Sequence record: PQ850607.1
Direction: 5' to 3' (one strand)
DNA from: Escherichia phage HelliStehle_Bas95
Length of the DNA stretch: 56,332 nucleotides
The notes beneath the pieces are model-generated. The model had not been told where the DNA came from and did not search any database. It saw only the letters and a list, made by a program, of their open reading frames with translations. Positions 54,775-56,332 of this stretch are shown here, piece by piece. The stretch's first letter is position 1. Each line of letters starts with the position of its first letter. A program made the position numbers and the translations under genes.

Positions 54775-55814
54775 AATTTAATCTCCCGTTTAAAGTTATC
54801 AGCTTTATTAGCGTTACTGGCATTGCGCATCAACATATAAGCCTGCATGGCCTCGCGGATCACGTGGCGGATGTGCTGCAGTATATCGAAGTGTCCCCCG
54901 GTTAAGCCTGGAGTGGTCAAAGCAATATTATTAATCCACGCCATATCTTCAGGGTATTCCATCACATCCTTACCCGTCTTGAGTCTGCCGCCAACACCAA
55001 CACCCTTGGCGTCCGTGTAGCGCAGGCTCCAGTCTTTGCGACCCTGGAGGCAAGGCAACTTATCATAAAGGTAAGCTACCGCAGGCGCTGGCGGCTCATT
55101 AACCCACATAAAAGCCATAGTGTCATGATGGTAGACGCTGGCCCGTGCCTGGCGGTAACGCTCAGACGCTGAATCAACGCACTTAACACAGCCGCCGTTG
55201 GACGTGTAGCGTTGAGTGGATGCGCAACGTTTGCAGGGTGTCGACTCGTAGAACTTTAAGCCCTGCTCTAAAGCCTGGCCTCGCGGCGACTCAACGCTTG
55301 GCCCTTTAATGCACATCACACAGCCGCCGTTAGAGGTGAAGCGCTCCGTAGTCCCACACTTACCACAAGGTGAACCGTCGTACCTTTTGAGGCCATTGGC
55401 TTTAGCTAACTGGCGGGGAGTCGGTGTACGGTCAAGCGGCTTTAAGCTGGCAATATGACATTGCTGACATTTTGTGGTTGTCACCAGTCTTGTGGTTGAA
55501 CCACATTTAACGCACGGCTGCCCTTCATATGTTTTAGCACCCGACGCTTTAGCTGCGATGCGTGCATCTACTATCGGCGACGGTCGACCGCCTCCACATC
55601 CTTTGCGCTGACACTCAACACAGGAACCGTTAGCTGTGTAACGTTCAGATCGCACACCTTCAAAACATTGTATACAAGGGCGTCCCCAGTAACGAGGGTT
55701 GCGCTCGGCGCGCGCTTCTCTTCTTGAGTCGGCTGGCGGTTGCCGCTTCCCTTTCTCCTCAGGTACGTTCTCATCCATCCAGGCGAAAACTTCGTTCATG
55801 TCTAACTCTTCCAT
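54771..55814 (-). CDS. early protein with five tandem zinc-ribbon repeats
   Basis: 347 aa; repeats of Y-x-G-x-PC-x-KCG-(S/T)-T-x-R-(Y/F)-T-S-N-G-x-C-V-x-C; first gene after the leftward early promoter. Confidence 0.6.
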   Translation of the reverse strand: MEELDMNEVFAWMDENVPEEKGKRQPPADSRREARAERNPRYWGRPCIQCFEGVRSERYTANGSCVECQRKGCGGGRPSPIVDARIAAKASGAKTYEGQPCVKCGSTTRLVTTTKCQQCHIASLKPLDRTPTPRQLAKANGLKRYDGSPCGKCGTTERFTSNGGCVMCIKGPSVESPRGQALEQGLKFYESTPCKRCASTQRYTSNGGCVKCVDSASERYRQARASVYHHDTMAFMWVNEPPAPAVAYLYDKLPCLQGRKDWSLRYTDAKGVGVGGRLKTGKDVMEYPEDMAWINNIALTTPGLTGGHFDILQHIRHVIREAMQAYMLMRNASNANKADNFKREIKL

Positions 55815-55846
55815 TGGTATACCTCCAGTTGTTTAGTTGAGATTGC

Positions 55847-55875
55847 AGTTTACTACAGGTTAGATAGCAGGTCAA
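55847..55875 (-). promoter_or_regulatory. leftward early promoter TTGACC-17-TAAACT
   Basis: read on - strand; AT-rich upstream region; about 26-nt leader with SD GGAGGT. Confidence 0.45.
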
Positions 55876-55881
55876 CTAACC

Positions 55882-56055
55882 AAACTCGTAGCCCTCCTAA
55901 AATATTCAAAAACTTTCTTAGAAATTTTGTAGAACACTAACTAAGTAATACTTATATATCTAACTTAATATACTATAATCTATTGCTTGCGATAATATAT
56001 ATCTAACTTAATGTACTATTCAGCAGCTTAAATATTTTGGGTGGGCTACGAGTTT
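55882..56055. repeat. control-region repeats: 13-bp inverted repeat pair flanking two 24-bp direct repeats
   Basis: AAACTCGTAGCCC (55882-55894) / GGGCTACGAGTTT (56043-56055); TATATATCTAACTTAAT(A/G)TACTAT at 55953-55976 and 55996-56019; CTAACTAAGTAA at 55937 and 56141. Confidence 0.6.
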
Positions 56056-56267
56056 AATACTTTAACGTTAGGTCTAACCTATACGTGGGTCTTCTTCTCT
56101 TCCTTCCAAATATTTTCAGGGTGCTAACACCCGTGGCCCCCTAACTAAGTAAAGCAGCCGTTAGCATCTAACTAAGCTCAAAGTTTAGCCAATTCCTGTA
56201 GCGCTATGCGAAATCTAAGAAAGCAGCAGGGTAAGACATCTGGCCTTTTTACGCAGACGCGCGATAT

Positions 56268-56311
56268 TTGTGTGACACGCATCACACTGTTATGATGTGC
56301 AGGTGATCACA
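56268..56311 (+). promoter_or_regulatory. candidate rightward promoter for gene 1, overlapped by two CRP-like sites
   Basis: TTGTGT-17-TATGAT (56268-56296); TGTGA-N6-TCACA at 56271-56286 (perfect half-sites) and TGTGC-N6-TCACA at 56296-56311. Confidence 0.4.
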
Positions 56312-56332
56312 AACACCTAAAGGAATGACGTC

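Noticed and set aside
1-56332. T7-like single-subunit RNA polymerase and phage-specific promoters
   Set aside because: No ORF of roughly 800-900 aa with RNA polymerase motifs; promoters throughout match host sigma70 consensus
1-56332. Lysogeny module (integrase, CI repressor, attP)
   Set aside because: No tyrosine or serine recombinase motifs seen in any ORF; the only HTH proteins are small Cro-like ORFs within the early block
1-56332. tRNA genes
   Set aside because: No cloverleaf-compatible segments with a GTTCGAATC-type T-arm noticed in intergenic regions; cannot fully exclude without a tRNA scan

Overview
The window reads as a complete, circularly permuted genome of a tailed dsDNA phage of an enterobacterial-type host, not a chromosomal region. 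Position 1 is the ATG of the first late gene, and its Shine-Dalgarno and promoter sit at the window end. Layout: (i) 1-24.4 kb, + strand, morphogenesis: terminase large subunit, a free-standing zinc-ribbon/PD-(D/E)xK homing-endonuclease-like gene, tail-fibre genes with collagen-like tandem repeats, portal, scaffold, major capsid, then tail and internal virion proteins. (ii) 24.3-26.5 kb: a self-contained accessory island with its own promoters and terminators. (iii) 26.5-35.7 kb, - strand: lysis cassette (GH108 endolysin, holin-like, and a CsrA-family RNA-binding regulator) and a replication/recombination module (MazG, family B DNA polymerase, DUF2815-like SSB, Cas4/RecB-like nuclease). (iv) 35.9-42.6 kb, + strand: an SF2 helicase interrupted by a LAGLIDADG intein in its P-loop, VRR-NUC nuclease, primase-helicase, Dam-like methyltransferase. 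(v) 42.6-55.8 kb, - strand: about 45 small early genes (HNH-AP2 endonuclease, PhoH, DnaQ-like exonuclease, HAD phosphatase, HTH regulators, a 5x zinc-ribbon-repeat protein) driven by a recurring near-consensus sigma70 promoter. (vi) 55.8-56.3 kb: a 518-bp non-coding control region with direct and inverted repeats and CRP-like sites. No phage RNA polymerase, integrase, tRNA, CRISPR array or DNA-hypermodification genes were recognised. The most interesting candidates are the phage-encoded CsrA homologue, the intein, the accessory island at 24.3-26.5 kb and the repeated promoter/hairpin cassette. All functional calls rest on motifs read by eye; no database search was run.
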